DNA of 45,924 bases from Desulfobacteria bacterium (GCA_030145395.1 JAQYVR010000239.1:1-45924), one strand, 5' to 3'. Shown: positions 10,420 to 20,971, counted from the stretch's first letter. The notes: generated by a model from the sequence alone, not told the origin. Numbers and translations are program-made.

Positions 10420-12114
10420 TCATTCTTCCAGCTGACAGAGACTCTCCGACCCCAACCGCATCGGCCAGAAAACCGCCACCCCATTAATGACTGCCACCAA
10501 TATGAAGGAACCGGTGATCCAGATCCAGTGAACGACAGGTACGGCCTCCCCGCGGAGTCTGGCCATAAAGATTGTATAGACGGGACCTGCCTCAAGAACT
10601 ATGACTGATCCAATGAAACCCACGCAAAGGAACATAAAGAGCAAGCCCCCAAAACTGGTAGCCACCTGGGCCATGTTCTCAAGACGAAAATTGGGATAGG
10701 CGGCACCCAGACCCACTCCCATAGCCGTAATACCAAAGACCATGAAAAAGATGGTAATCGTGGAAAGCCCCATCATAAAGGGGGTCACTGAAAGTAACTT
10801 GTTTGTCAGCACGATAAGTATTTCAGATAAGATGAGCAGGGGCACCAGGTACGTCCAGAACTTCACCCACAGGAATGCCTTCGGAGGAACCGGTGACGAC
10901 CTTACGATCCAGAAGGCTTGCCCCTCGATACTCACAGCCGGAAATACAAAACGCACGGCCATGGCGGCAAGCACAAAACCGGCCAGGCCCATGTTCAAGA
11001 ACGACAGAATGTTTTGAAGATAAAAGGTCTTGATCGGAGCCTTGTCGATGGGCAGCACCATGAAGTTGTAAAGATATACGATAATAAGAGCCACCAACAG
11101 AAAGAGCTGAGACCACTGGGTGTTATCCCGGAAGAATGTCTTGATATCCTTCGAAAGGAGCGCGCCAACCTTGCCGGAAGTCAGCAGGGATTGTTTCCCG
11201 TGAATTCCAAAGGATCTCTTTCTGCTTCGCTTACCCCGGCGGGCCACCTGCGCCTTTGAAACCCCTTTGAAGTAAAACAGCCCTGCAAGCTTTGTGTTAA
11301 TAAAGACCATAGATAAGGCGCCTGTCACACAAAGTCCCAGGTAAAACAAGGCCATGCCGCTTGTGCGTGTCAGAACCGGCCACAAGGCCTCGAGTATCCA
11401 CGTGGTGGGCAGGAAAGGAGAACCTGGGGCCTCAAGAGACCCGAGATAGCCGGCCAGGCTCGCCAATGCAGTCGGGTCTACTAGCCGTTCAGGCCTCATG
11501 AAGCGAAACATGAAATATAAAAGGATGACCAGCACTACGGAAAGGAAGACAAAGATGTCTCTCATCCGGTTGGCCGGAAGAGAGACTACCAGCAACATAA
11601 CAATCAGTGTGCCGACAGCAGAAGCAAGCACGCAGAACGGAAGGAGTGAGCCGACCAGCGCCAGATAGAAATTCACGCCTGCGCCATATACCAGAGCGTA
11701 CGCCAAAAAGACCGGCAGGCCGAACAGAAAGGGCATCCATGAGCTGTCAAAGGTACTCTCAATCCATCGGGCCAGGAACACCTTTTCGACTGAAACGGGT
11801 GCCGCGTGGATCAACGGCAGGTCTCTTGAAAGATAGAGTGTGGAGAGGGCCGTAAGGATACTGCTGAATATGAGTATGGAAAAGAAGGTAAGGAGCACCA
11901 TGGACAGCAGCTTGCGGGCCAGAATGTCGCCAAAACCTTCGATTCCCTGGAAGTAAACCAGCACTCGATAAACCACCGCAAAGATACCCGCCCAAAAAAG
12001 GAAGCTTATCAGAGCAAGAAGAATCCTCACCCATGCCATGCCCTCCAGCCGCCCCTTGAACCGGTGCCTGAAAGCCCATACACGAGGTTTTATCAATGTC
12101 AGTACGGTTTCCAC
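10420..12114 (-). CDS. Putative ABC transporter permease (ABC-2-like, many TM helices)
   Basis: 564 aa, highly hydrophobic; LYLSRDL...P and SIEGQAFWIVRSSP motifs. Confidence 0.8.
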   Translation of the reverse strand: METVLTLIKPRVWAFRHRFKGRLEGMAWVRILLALISFLFWAGIFAVVYRVLVYFQGIEGFGDILARKLLSMVLLTFFSILIFSSILTALSTLYLSRDLPLIHAAPVSVEKVFLARWIESTFDSSWMPFLFGLPVFLAYALVYGAGVNFYLALVGSLLPFCVLASAVGTLIVMLLVVSLPANRMRDIFVFLSVVLVILLYFMFRFMRPERLVDPTALASLAGYLGSLEAPGSPFLPTTWILEALWPVLTRTSGMALFYLGLCVTGALSMVFINTKLAGLFYFKGVSKAQVARRGKRSRKRSFGIHGKQSLLTSGKVGALLSKDIKTFFRDNTQWSQLFLLVALIIVYLYNFMVLPIDKAPIKTFYLQNILSFLNMGLAGFVLAAMAVRFVFPAVSIEGQAFWIVRSSPVPPKAFLWVKFWTYLVPLLILSEILIVLTNKLLSVTPFMMGLSTITIFFMVFGITAMGVGLGAAYPNFRLENMAQVATSFGGLLFMFLCVGFIGSVIVLEAGPVYTIFMARLRGEAVPVVHWIWITGSFILVAVINGVAVFWPMRLGSESLCQLEE

Positions 12115-12198
12115 GGTCTGGTTTCTCCTTGACAGTGCTGTGCTTTACTTAATACACTCATTTTCGACCGGAATAAAGACCTATCGGGAGGAAAGACC

Positions 12199-13215
12199 TT
12201 GAAAACATCCATAGGCATGACGGTTACAGAGCATATTCTCGAACAGGAACGCGAAAACCCTGAAGCCACAGGTGCTTTCACTTCACTCCTTTCAGAGCTG
12301 ATTGTGGTTGCAAAGATCATCTCAAGGGAGGTGAATAAGGCGGGGATCGCGGATATCCTGGGCTATGTCGGTCGTCAAAATGTCCAAGGAGAAGAGGTTC
12401 ACAAGCTTGATGAATTTGCCAACCGGACAATAATTCAAAGGATGGGGCATCTTGGGCAGCTCTGCACCATAGCATCTGAGGAAAATGCGGATCTTATTAA
12501 AATCCCTGCCAAGTACCCCAAAGGGAATTACGTCCTCATATGTGATCCCCTGGACGGCTCATCCAACCTCGATGTCAATGTAAGCATCGGAACCATATTC
12601 TCGATACACAGAAAAATCAGTTCCGATGAGGACTGCATTTTAGGCGACGTCTTACAGCCGGGATACAAGCAGGTGGCTGCCGGCTATTTTATTTACGGCT
12701 CCAGCACCATGATGGTTTTCACTACCGGCCCCGGCCATGGGGTCCACGGCTTTACACTCCTTCCGGGCGTAGGGGAATTCTTGCTCTCCCACGAAAATAT
12801 TCGAATTCCGGAGAGGGGGAGAATCTTCAGCGTGAATGAGAGCTATTACAACTACTGGAGTGAAAACGTCAGGCGTCTGGTCGACCATTTCAAGTCCCCG
12901 GACAACAAACCGGCCTATACGGCCCGATATATCGGCTCTCTGGTCTCAGACTTTCACCGTAATCTTTTGCAGGGCGGCATCTTTATGTATCCTTCAGATA
13001 CGAAAGATCCCAGGAAGCCCCATGGCAAACTGCGCCTTATGTGCGAGGCCAATCCTATGGCTTTTGTGGTGACCGAGGCAGGCGGCTATGCCAGCAACGG
13101 GGAAAAACCGATCCTTGAGATAGAGCCTGAAGAACTCCACCAGAGGGTGCCCCTCTTTATCGGCAGCAAAGAAGACGTGGAATTGGCAGAAGAGTACTTG
13201 CAAGGGAAGATGTAG
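12199..13215 (+). CDS. fbp: Fructose-1,6-bisphosphatase class I
   Basis: [35 protein letters not shown]; TTG start after GGGAGG. Confidence 0.97.
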   Translation: MKTSIGMTVTEHILEQERENPEATGAFTSLLSELIVVAKIISREVNKAGIADILGYVGRQNVQGEEVHKLDEFANRTIIQRMGHLGQLCTIASEENADLIKIPAKYPKGNYVLICDPLDGSSNLDVNVSIGTIFSIHRKISSDEDCILGDVLQPGYKQVAAGYFIYGSSTMMVFTTGPGHGVHGFTLLPGVGEFLLSHENIRIPERGRIFSVNESYYNYWSENVRRLVDHFKSPDNKPAYTARYIGSLVSDFHRNLLQGGIFMYPSDTKDPRKPHGKLRLMCEANPMAFVVTEAGGYASNGEKPILEIEPEELHQRVPLFIGSKEDVELAEEYLQGKM

Positions 13216-13325
13216 GATTTTGGATTGAAGATTGTTGATTGTTCCCCGCCATTTGACTGTGTTCAGCAGTATAGGGAACAGGACGAGCAGTAAAGCGCGG
13301 TGCGCACCGGGGCAGGCACAACGTA

Positions 13326-13523
13326 AGTTTCCAATCCATAAATATGGATGGAAACGACCTGCGGTGAACTCGTAACAAGTCAACAAACGGACGGCACAGT
13401 AAAAAGCCCCAGATGCAAGGCGCGCAAGTCTTGAGGAATGAGGCGTACCGAGGTACGTCGCACAAGCAACCCCGCAGTTTGACGCCGAGATTGCCGAAAA
13501 GGGCCATTTATGGATGGAAACTA
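13326..13523. mobile_element. MITE/repeat cluster with GTTTCCATCCATAAAT-type termini
   Basis: GTTTCCAATCCATAAATATGGATGGAAAC palindrome, and GGGCCATTTATGGATGGAAACT; 13439-13523 matches the reverse complement of 45737-45842. Confidence 0.65.
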
Positions 13524-13524
13524 G

Positions 13525-14337
13525 TTATAGGCCCTGAAGCTGTTCCAATATACGGCCCTTTTCCTTTTCAAAGTCTTCGTCCGTAATAAGGCCCTTATCC
13601 TTCCATTCTTTCAACGTTTCCAGTTTCTTTTCCAGCTGGTCCGCACCACTAGTAGAGACAGGCTCTTTAGTTATCACCTCTCTCGACACGGGTTCGGGCG
13701 ACGGTGCTACCCTCTCCTGGAAGGTCTCTGCCGCGACTTGCGGCTCCATGCTCAGATCCCGGACCACTTTCATGACCTGCAGGTGAGAGTCCTTTCTCAC
13801 GAACATGCCGACTTTTTCTTCGATCCGCCAGTCCTTGCTGTCGAGCCTGAAGGGGTTCTCGCCCACCCACCTCAAACCGTCGATCTCCTTGAATACCCAG
13901 ACCAGCTTATCATCTTTCAGATAGACCTCTCCATTGGTGGGCCGACCGCCCCTGCCCGGCGCATCAAACACGATCTTGTCCGATCTTGTGGCCCCTTCGA
14001 AGGCAACAGCCAGTGCGGGAACCAGTCTTTCCCTGGCCGCCTGCGTGAAGACCGGCCTGCTGACCCACTTGCTCCCCATGCCGTAGTTGCCCCACTTGTG
14101 CTCCATGACGACGAGCAGATCGACCTCGCTTCTGATCGTCTCCTCGCCGAATTCATGGGGATGCTGATAGTCCATGTTGACCGGAACACCGTCTTTGCTG
14201 CGGCTCCGGTGGAGCTTGACAATGTCATCAGAGAGATCGGCCAGGGGAACGGTCAGAACCTCGGACGAACGTAAACCACACCCGATCATCATCACGGAAA
14301 TGATAAGGCAGATGGAAATGGAAAGCGTCTTTTTCAT
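13525..14337 (-). CDS. Lipoprotein with C-terminal SHOCT domain
   Basis: MKKTLSISICLIISVMMIG-C signal; C-terminus LETLKEWKDKGLITDEDFEKEKGRIL. The longer ORF-track start runs through a terminator. Confidence 0.8.
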   Translation of the reverse strand: MKKTLSISICLIISVMMIGCGLRSSEVLTVPLADLSDDIVKLHRSRSKDGVPVNMDYQHPHEFGEETIRSEVDLLVVMEHKWGNYGMGSKWVSRPVFTQAARERLVPALAVAFEGATRSDKIVFDAPGRGGRPTNGEVYLKDDKLVWVFKEIDGLRWVGENPFRLDSKDWRIEEKVGMFVRKDSHLQVMKVVRDLSMEPQVAAETFQERVAPSPEPVSREVITKEPVSTSGADQLEKKLETLKEWKDKGLITDEDFEKEKGRILEQLQGL

Positions 14338-14370
14338 AGGGCACCCATAAGAGGTAACACTGTTGATGGT

Positions 14371-14403
14371 AAAAAAAGCCCCCTCCGCAATGGAGGGGGC
14401 TTT
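14371..14403 (-). terminator. Rho-independent terminator
   Basis: Minus strand AAAGCCCCCTCC-ATTGC-GGAGGGGGCTTTTTTT, just after the stop at 14429. Confidence 0.85.
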
Positions 14404-14428
14404 AGTCATAGAGCCTTAGCACACAAGA

Positions 14429-14668
14429 CTAAGGGAAGATAATGGTAAAAGAGGCAAAGAGCACGTCGGAATTCACATAACCGGCGTTCCCTGAGAACAT
14501 CAGGTCAAACTGGAGGTTCTCGGTGAAGTAGTAACCCAGGCCAAGGTTGTACGTCGTGTAGTCCCAGGTCTCTTCGTCTTTAGTGGTAAGGCCGGATCCA
14601 TAAGCCTCTGAATCCCATGGAATTGCAGTGGCACCGCCAGAATTTTGCTGATCCTGGGGGCCGACCTC
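14429..14668 (-). pseudogene. C-terminal remnant of an outer-membrane beta-barrel-like protein, fused in frame to wecE
   Basis: ...TYNLGLGYYFTENLQFDLMFSG...VLFASFTIIFP*: alternating beta-strand pattern unrelated to aminotransferases. Confidence 0.55.
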
Positions 14669-15381
14669 TTCGCTGGGCAAGAACGACGACCCAATATCCA
14701 CCCAGGTGTATTTATCCACCTCACCCCTGAAGAACTGGCCGCGGTTGGTCCCTTTCTCACGGACTATTTCCGCCCTCTCAATGAACCGGGAATCGTTTAC
14801 AAGCAAAGCCCCTCCCTCGCCGCTGATGATGTTTTTGGTCTCATGAAAGCTCAGACAACATAGGTGGCCGATTGTACCGAGGAATCTCTCTTTGTGGGTG
14901 GACAGCAGTGCCTGGGCTGCATCCTCTACCACCCACAAGCCGCGGCTATCGGCGATTTCCATGATCTTCTCCATAACACAAGGTATGCCGGCATAGTGCA
15001 CCGGCACAATCGTTCTGGTCTTTGGAGTGATGGCCGACTCTATTTTCCGTTCGTCTAGGGTCAGGGTATCCGATCGGATGTCAACAAAGACAGGGATTGC
15101 CCCGCGCAGGACAAAGGCATTGGCCGTGGAGACAAAGGTGAAAGACGGTATGATCACTTCGTCTCCAGGCTCAATGTCACACAGAATGGCGGCCATTTCG
15201 AGTGCGGCAGTGCAGGAATGCGTCAGGAAAGCCCTGGCACATCCCAGTTTGTCCTCCAACCATTCATGGCAGCGTCCCGTAAACGGGCCGTCACCGGATA
15301 GGTGAGATCCACCATGACCGCCTGGGCAATATAGTACAGCTCTTTTCCTGCGATAAACGGCTTGTTAAACGGAATTTTCAT
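14669..15381 (-). pseudogene. wecE: dTDP-4-amino-4,6-dideoxygalactose transaminase, frameshifted and 3'-truncated
   Basis: MKIPFNKPFIAGKELYYIAQAV from ATG 15381, frameshift near 15310, then HLSGDGPFT..SCTAALEM..EDAAQ..SFHETKN..VDKYTWVDIGSSFLPSE, where similarity stops. Confidence 0.88.
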
Positions 15382-15446
15382 GTTCTTTTCCCCATTAATC
15401 CTTGCCCTTAGTTCACAAATACAACGGCCTTTCTATCCGGATGACA

Positions 15447-16460
15447 TCAATTCTCACTGATCATGCTGTAGAAAACAATTCCAAAACCGCTTGTGTTCCT
15501 GAAATCGTGAACAGGAACCAGCTTCGCATTGCGCCCCGGCGCTATCCGCCTCGCAAAATACGACTCCCACAAATACTTGACTATCTGATCTCCTTTTTTC
15601 CCCTCTTGGACAAAAACAAAAAGCACCTCCTCGTTGTTAATTGTCCATTGGAGAAATTCCCGCCCCCCTCCAAGTCCAATGCGCCTCAATGCATCGAAAT
15701 AGGGTCGCGAGTTAATTCTAGTTCCGCCTGGGAATATCCTTACATCAGGAAAGTCCGAAAACTCCAATAATGGATGAACAGCTTCAAAGGCCAGGCCGGA
15801 CGTAGGCTTCATCAATACCAAGAGCGGATCACCGTGAATACTTCTTTTCTTTGCCACACCAAGGTATTTGTGAATATAGTCCTTAGCCCTTTTGGAAGCT
15901 TCCAAGATACGATAGCTATCTTTGGCCTCGGCATGGATCTGTCCCAATGTCAGCACCACGAGGACTACTATGGAAACCACACTGATTCTTCTTAACCTCG
16001 GCACATTGTTTTGGTGTTGTAGCAGCTTGTTTTCAACCTGGAAGATCAGAAAGGAAATCCCAGCCAAATAGGCATACAAAGGCACGAAGACTCTGCGCGG
16101 AAAACGATAATACATAAAGAAGACAATACCCGCACCAATAATTCCCATGGAACAGATGATTTTCAGTCTATCATACCTTGATAACCCAAGCAGGACATGA
16201 AATCTATAAACGAAGAGGGATAGAATTGAAAAGGCCAGGACAAGAGTGTGGTGTTTGCTTTTGTCAAGGCTCTTCACGATTCTCTTTGGAATTAACTCAA
16301 ATATTGAAGCCCTCTTTTTGGGATCATTTGCCTCTGTAAAAGTCGTTATGGTTTCGGTGTTGAAAACCTTCTCATCGTACAAGATCTATTTGCGGATTAG
16401 CGCCCTCGGATATAATATCGAATGCATACGAAGATGGCGGGCCCTATCACCTATACCTGT
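15447..16460 (-). pseudogene. Probable 5'-truncated membrane protein of a surface-polysaccharide locus
   Basis: 311-aa ORF with about 4 TM segments; frame continues upstream past a TAG at 16386-16388 up to the element at 16464; no clear RBS; visibly AT-richer than the flanks. Confidence 0.45.
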
Positions 16461-16463
16461 AAT

Positions 16464-16638
16464 TGTGAAGCCTCCCCGCCCCGAAGGGCGGGGGGACGCT
16501 TCACGGGCTTACACGCCCGGCAACAAAGTTGAACATCTTTGCACAGCTCGCCTTGACCCCGTCCGGACTTGTCCCGATGTATCTCCATTTATCGGGATTC
16601 ATCGGTATCGCAGGGATCTTCAATTATGAACCGGTCAA
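16464..16638 (+). mobile_element. IS200/IS605-like non-autonomous palindromic element, copy 2
   Basis: TGTGAAGCCTCCCCGCCC-CGAA-GGGCGGGG ... CCGGTCAA. Confidence 0.6.
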
Positions 16639-16694
16639 GAAAGATTCTCTGTTGCTTTTGTACGTTCTGTTTGTCCGGGAGGGGGGATGAGCGA

Positions 16695-16976
16695 TTACTC
16701 TACAGTAATTCGATCCCTGTTTTTCTCACAAGTCTTGGGACCTATGCCCGGAACCTTCGTCATATCCTCAGCGGATGCAAAGGGACCGTGTTCTTCGCGA
16801 TACTGAACAATACGCTGGGCGTATTGGTGCCCTACCCCTTTCAGGCGCGTAAGTTCCTCTACGGTTGCCTTATTAATATTGATCTTTTCTACTTCCTCAG
16901 CCCATGTGGGAAGGGCCAGTGCCATAACCACACACATCACCAAGCATAACGCTACGATCTTTTTCAATGCCTTCAT
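16695..16976 (-). CDS. comEA: ComEA-family helix-hairpin-helix DNA-binding protein
   Basis: Signal peptide, ININKATVEELTRLKGVG, GPF, VPGIGPK; AAAGGAGG RBS. Confidence 0.9.
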   Translation of the reverse strand: MKALKKIVALCLVMCVVMALALPTWAEEVEKININKATVEELTRLKGVGHQYAQRIVQYREEHGPFASAEDMTKVPGIGPKTCEKNRDRITVE

Positions 16977-17314
16977 TGTAATCCTCCTTTACTCAATTCT
17001 ACTCTCTTTCCGACCCCCCTGCATCATCCCGGTTTGGCCAATTGCCACGCTCTTTCGAATCCAGTCTATTCTTCTCAAACTACCCAACAACCTTCTCCCG
17101 CGTTTCACCATGGCACAAATTCCTCTGATTGCAACACTCGATTATTGCGGGCAAAGTACGCATTGAAAACTAGTGGCATGGCAAAGACACAGGGCCTTAT
17201 TTTGTCTTGACGATCTTCATTGTACCTTATATCTGTGTAGGACCCGAATAGCTGAATCGGCACATCACATTGAATATACAAAATAATCGGATCTTGGCGG
17301 TATTAGGGGGATAA

Positions 17315-17764
17315 ATGAATAAGGAATGGGCTGAGTTCCTAAAGAGGGATTTTGTTAAGGGCTTTCCCGCCTACTGCGGTTATCAAGTCGACATAGTAGA
17401 ATACGGCAAGTTTCATACCAGCCTTAAGATTCGCCCGGATCACAAGCAACAGGATGGGTTCGTGCATGCAGGCGTGATTGCCACTATGGCAGATCATACA
17501 GCGGGATATGCAGCCTTTACAACTGTCACAGAAGACTTTCGCATTCTGACCATCGAATTCAAGATCAATTACTTTAGGCCTGCCATGGAAGAGATAATAG
17601 TCTGCCGTTCAAAAGTGATCAATAAAGGCAAGAGAATTATCGTGTCAGAGTCCGAGGTATTTAGTGTATCAGGCGGAGACGAAAGACTTGTCTCCAAGGC
17701 CATGGTAACGTTAATGGCAGTGCCAACATCCAGTCTTGCCAACACACAATCTGATGGCAATTGA
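17315..17764 (+). CDS. PaaI-family thioesterase
   Basis: QQDGFVHAGVIATMADHTAG, TIEFKINYFRPA (hotdog fold). Confidence 0.9.
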   Translation: MNKEWAEFLKRDFVKGFPAYCGYQVDIVEYGKFHTSLKIRPDHKQQDGFVHAGVIATMADHTAGYAAFTTVTEDFRILTIEFKINYFRPAMEEIIVCRSKVINKGKRIIVSESEVFSVSGGDERLVSKAMVTLMAVPTSSLANTQSDGN

Positions 17765-18278
17765 TTATATTAGAAATTCGAAATTGAGTGACGTGAGATT
17801 AACCGGATATTTTCCGGGCGTAATCGGGAAGATAACTGATCTCCATGCAACATATTACTATGACAACTGGAATCTTGATACCTCATTCGAAACCCAGGTT
17901 GGAAGAGAATTGTCAGAGTTCATCGGTGAATTTGAGGAGAATCGGGATGGATTTTGGGTGGCCACTGTAGCAGGCGAGTTCACAGGTTCCGTTGCAGTAG
18001 ACGGACGACACACAAGCCAGCAGGGCGCACGCCTGCGGTGGCTTATTGTTACTCCAAGTCTTCAGGGGCGAGGGATAGGCGGTGTTCTGATCAGAGAGGC
18101 TATCGAATTCTGCAAACGTGTGGGTTACAAAAAAGTATATCTATGGACTTTCAAGGGTCTGGAGGCAGCTCGTCTTCTTTATGAACGTGCAGGATTTCGG
18201 CATTGTGAAGAGCACGATGTCAACCAGTGGGGGAGGCGGTTAACCGAGCAGATGTTTGAAATGCATTTTGATATATAG
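17736..18278 (+). CDS. GNAT-family N-acetyltransferase (start uncertain)
   Basis: ARLRWLIV, QGRGIG acetyl-CoA motif, VYLWT, LYERAGF. Confidence 0.88.
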   Translation: MPTHNLMAIDYIRNSKLSDVRLTGYFPGVIGKITDLHATYYYDNWNLDTSFETQVGRELSEFIGEFEENRDGFWVATVAGEFTGSVAVDGRHTSQQGARLRWLIVTPSLQGRGIGGVLIREAIEFCKRVGYKKVYLWTFKGLEAARLLYERAGFRHCEEHDVNQWGRRLTEQMFEMHFDI

Positions 18279-18354
18279 ACGCGAAGTGAACGTAAAACCG
18301 ATCGGAACTTCGTCACACAAGAAACTCAATACGCTTTCAGGGCAATCCAACACA

Positions 18355-18394
18355 TGTGAAGCTTCCCCGTCCTTCAGGGCGGGGGAAGCTTCAC
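18355..18394. repeat. Short palindromic copy of the TGTGAAGC element overlapping the 3' end of the SAM hydrolase gene
   Basis: GTGAAGCTTCCCCGTCC-TTCA-GGGCGGGGGAAGCTTCAC. Confidence 0.65.
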
Positions 18395-19192
18395 TTTTAC
18401 GGTCTGACCGACTCTGGCCTTGAAATGGCTGCGAGCATCTCCCTGGTTCAAGGAAATCTCAAGAAGCTTGCGGCTTCCGAAGATGGCGACAGAAGAGCCG
18501 GCCTTTACTCGCTCATAAGACTTTGACACCCCTCGAATCTTAAACCTTCCCAGCCTGACTACAACCCCTTTTGATCTTGTATTACCTTTATAGCCCTCAA
18601 ATACTGCCTGGCTGATATTTGTGACAAGATTCCCGAAATGATCAATCGATATCACGGTTCCAACGAGTTCATCTCCTGCAGAGACAAATGGTGCAGGGAT
18701 CTCAATCCTATTTATGTCCTTGAGTTCAACCTCCTGCCCCAAGCGTAGTATATCCAAGCCCTTTGACAGGTGGGCTGCGACCGGAGCCAATATGTCACGG
18801 CCGTGAAATGTGTCACTCACCGGCTTCAGGAAATACTTATGGTTTGTTATCGCACAGATCTTCTCGACTTTCTTATCCTGTGTGACCATCGTCAGGACGC
18901 CATTGTCAGGCGCCACGAAGAAATGGCCTTCCTTTTTCAGACAAATGATCTTCCTCTTTCCACCAACACCGGGATCTACTACGATCACATGAATGGAACC
19001 TTTTGGAAAATACTTAAACGACGCGCTGATGGCTATGGCTGCCTGCCTGATGTCATGTCTGGCAATGTTATGGGTAATGTCAACCATATGAACGTTTCGG
19101 TTTATGGAGAGGATGACTCCCTTCATCACTCCCACATACTCATCCTGAAGACCAAAATCGGTCAAAAGGGTGATTACCGCGTCCTTTTTCAT
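18374..19192 (-). CDS. SAM hydroxide adenosyltransferase / SAM-dependent chlorinase-fluorinase family (DUF62)
   Basis: ITLLTDFG, VVDPGVG, APDNG, TFHGRD, IDHFGNLVTN; start placed at MKKDAV. Confidence 0.92.
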   Translation of the reverse strand: MKKDAVITLLTDFGLQDEYVGVMKGVILSINRNVHMVDITHNIARHDIRQAAIAISASFKYFPKGSIHVIVVDPGVGGKRKIICLKKEGHFFVAPDNGVLTMVTQDKKVEKICAITNHKYFLKPVSDTFHGRDILAPVAAHLSKGLDILRLGQEVELKDINRIEIPAPFVSAGDELVGTVISIDHFGNLVTNISQAVFEGYKGNTRSKGVVVRLGRFKIRGVSKSYERVKAGSSVAIFGSRKLLEISLNQGDARSHFKARVGQTVKVKLPPP

Positions 19193-19261
19193 GTTAGCAC
19201 TTACTCTAATCGCAGAGATTCCCGCGTTTACAGACGCCACGGAGCAATGAAGCATGTCAGA

Positions 19262-19300
19262 GTACTCCAATACTCCATTACTCCAACACTCCATTACTCC
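19262..19300. repeat. Octamer tandem repeat with core ACTCCA
   Basis: GTACTCCAATACTCCATTACTCCAACACTCCATTACTCC immediately after the ruvB stop. Confidence 0.8.
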
Positions 19301-19301
19301 G

Positions 19302-20354
19302 CTATTTGAAAAGCCCTGGCTGGACTGGCAAACCAAAATGTCGGTAGGCTTCTTCTGAAACCCTCCGGCCAGATGAGGTGCGAGTCAAAAATCCGATCTG
19401 CAACAAATACGGCTCCACAACATCCACCAGGGTATCAGCCTCTTCTTGCAGTGTTGCTGCAATTGCCTCGATTCCCACGGGACCGCCTTTGTAAAAGTCT
19501 ATGATGGCTTTCAAAAACTTCCTGTCCAAGGCTGTCAGGCCATTTCCGTCCACTCCTTCAAGTTCCAATGCCTCCTGAACCGTGGCCTTATGGATGATCC
19601 CATCTCCCCTCACCTGGGCAAAATCCCGTACCCGCTTCAACAGCCTATTCACGATTCGAGGCGTTCCCCGTGAACGGCAGGCAATCTCTTGAGCACCATC
19701 GTTGTCGATGCTTATATCCAACAGGGCAGCAGAACGCTTGGCAATATGAGTCAAGTCCTCGTCACAATAGAAATCAAGGGTTCTGAATATCCCAAAGCGT
19801 TCACGAAGGGGTGGCGAAAGCGAGCCTGCCCGCGTCGTGGCCCCGACTAAGACAAATTGTTCCAGGCGATAACGATGACTCCTTGCATGAATTCCCTTGT
19901 CAAAGATAAAATCGACTGCAAAGTCCTCCATGGCAGGATAAAGAAACTCCTCAATAACCCTGGGAAGACGATGCATCTCGTCGATAAAGAGCACATCTCC
20001 TTCTTCAAGATGAGTGAGTATACCCAGGAGATCGCCCCCTTTTTCAAGGGCAGGCCCGGAGGTTACTGTGATATTAGCACCCATCTCCTCGGCAATAATG
20101 TGGGCAAGGGTAGTCTTCCCCAAACCAGGAGGGGCGTGAAACAGGACGTGATCCAGGGGCTCTTTCCGCCCAAGCGCCGCCTCGATGGCAATCTTGAGGG
20201 TCTCCACCACCTTCGCCTGACCGACATATTCCTTCAGACGTTTTGGCCTTAGGCTAATAAACTCTGATTTCTCCTCCATATCTACTGATCCCGAAGAAAG
20301 TGTGGAATGGGTGGTGTCATCAGCCGCACCTTTTCGAGAGTTGTCCTGTCCCAT
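19302..20354 (-). CDS. ruvB: Holliday junction branch-migration helicase RuvB
   Basis: [46 protein letters not shown]. Confidence 0.97.
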   Translation of the reverse strand: MGQDNSRKGAADDTTHSTLSSGSVDMEEKSEFISLRPKRLKEYVGQAKVVETLKIAIEAALGRKEPLDHVLFHAPPGLGKTTLAHIIAEEMGANITVTSGPALEKGGDLLGILTHLEEGDVLFIDEMHRLPRVIEEFLYPAMEDFAVDFIFDKGIHARSHRYRLEQFVLVGATTRAGSLSPPLRERFGIFRTLDFYCDEDLTHIAKRSAALLDISIDNDGAQEIACRSRGTPRIVNRLLKRVRDFAQVRGDGIIHKATVQEALELEGVDGNGLTALDRKFLKAIIDFYKGGPVGIEAIAATLQEEADTLVDVVEPYLLQIGFLTRTSSGRRVSEEAYRHFGLPVQPGLFK

Positions 20355-20971
20355 CAGGAGGTCTCTCCGCGATAGACTTCTTCAAACAGCTCCTCTGCTG
20401 TGGCTATGTTCCTGTTTCTTCTTAAGGCTGCGGTGATCATCTCCCTGGCCTCCCTTGCCTTATGGCCGAGCTGCTTTGAAAGGACTTCCTGCACCTGATC
20501 AACAAAATCTTCAGAAATGGAAGCCGCGGTGGGCTCTTCGGCCTGACGGATCAAGGCAAACTTGGCCACCTTACCTTCCAGGGTAGCCAAAACCTTCTGG
20601 GCTGTCCTATTACCTATCCCTTTCAGTCGCTTAAGATACAACGAGTCCCTCGATTCGATCGCCCGGGCAATATCGCGAACCGGCAATGAGAGGGCCTGAA
20701 CCGCCTTCATGGGTCCTATATCTTCGACCGAAATGAAATGACGGAAGAACTCCCTCTCCACCTCTAAGTTGAAACCGATCAGGGTCGGCTTAGGCTGTCG
20801 CTCGGTCTGGTGATAGTAGATGTACAAGGCAACATCGTCTCCAGTCTTTTTGGCATTAAAGGTCTTTCTGACAAAAAAAGGCAGAAGTATTTCGTAACCA
20901 ATTTGATTGTTCAGCAGCAAGATTCGATCCTCATCCTTCTTTAGCAATTTGCCTTCCAAATATCCAATCAT
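20354..20971 (-). CDS. ruvA: Holliday junction DNA-binding protein RuvA
   Basis: MIGYLEGKL, HhH motifs IGP and LKGIGNRTA; TGATG overlap with ruvB. Confidence 0.93.
   Translation of the reverse strand: MIGYLEGKLLKKDEDRILLLNNQIGYEILLPFFVRKTFNAKKTGDDVALYIYYHQTERQPKPTLIGFNLEVEREFFRHFISVEDIGPMKAVQALSLPVRDIARAIESRDSLYLKRLKGIGNRTAQKVLATLEGKVAKFALIRQAEEPTAASISEDFVDQVQEVLSKQLGHKAREAREMITAALRRNRNIATAEELFEEVYRGETS

Noticed and set aside
16386-16388. In-frame TAG as possible pyrrolysine
   Set aside because: No methyltransferase context or pyl genes; pseudogenisation is the simpler explanation.
18374-19192. Halogenase (fluorinase/chlorinase) biosynthetic gene
   Set aside because: The housekeeping context and DUF62-type motifs fit the widespread SAM hydrolase; there is no biosynthetic cluster around it.
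19262-19300. Short periodic repeats as a possible CRISPR array
   Set aside because: Units are 7-9 nt with no unique spacers, and no cas genes are present.
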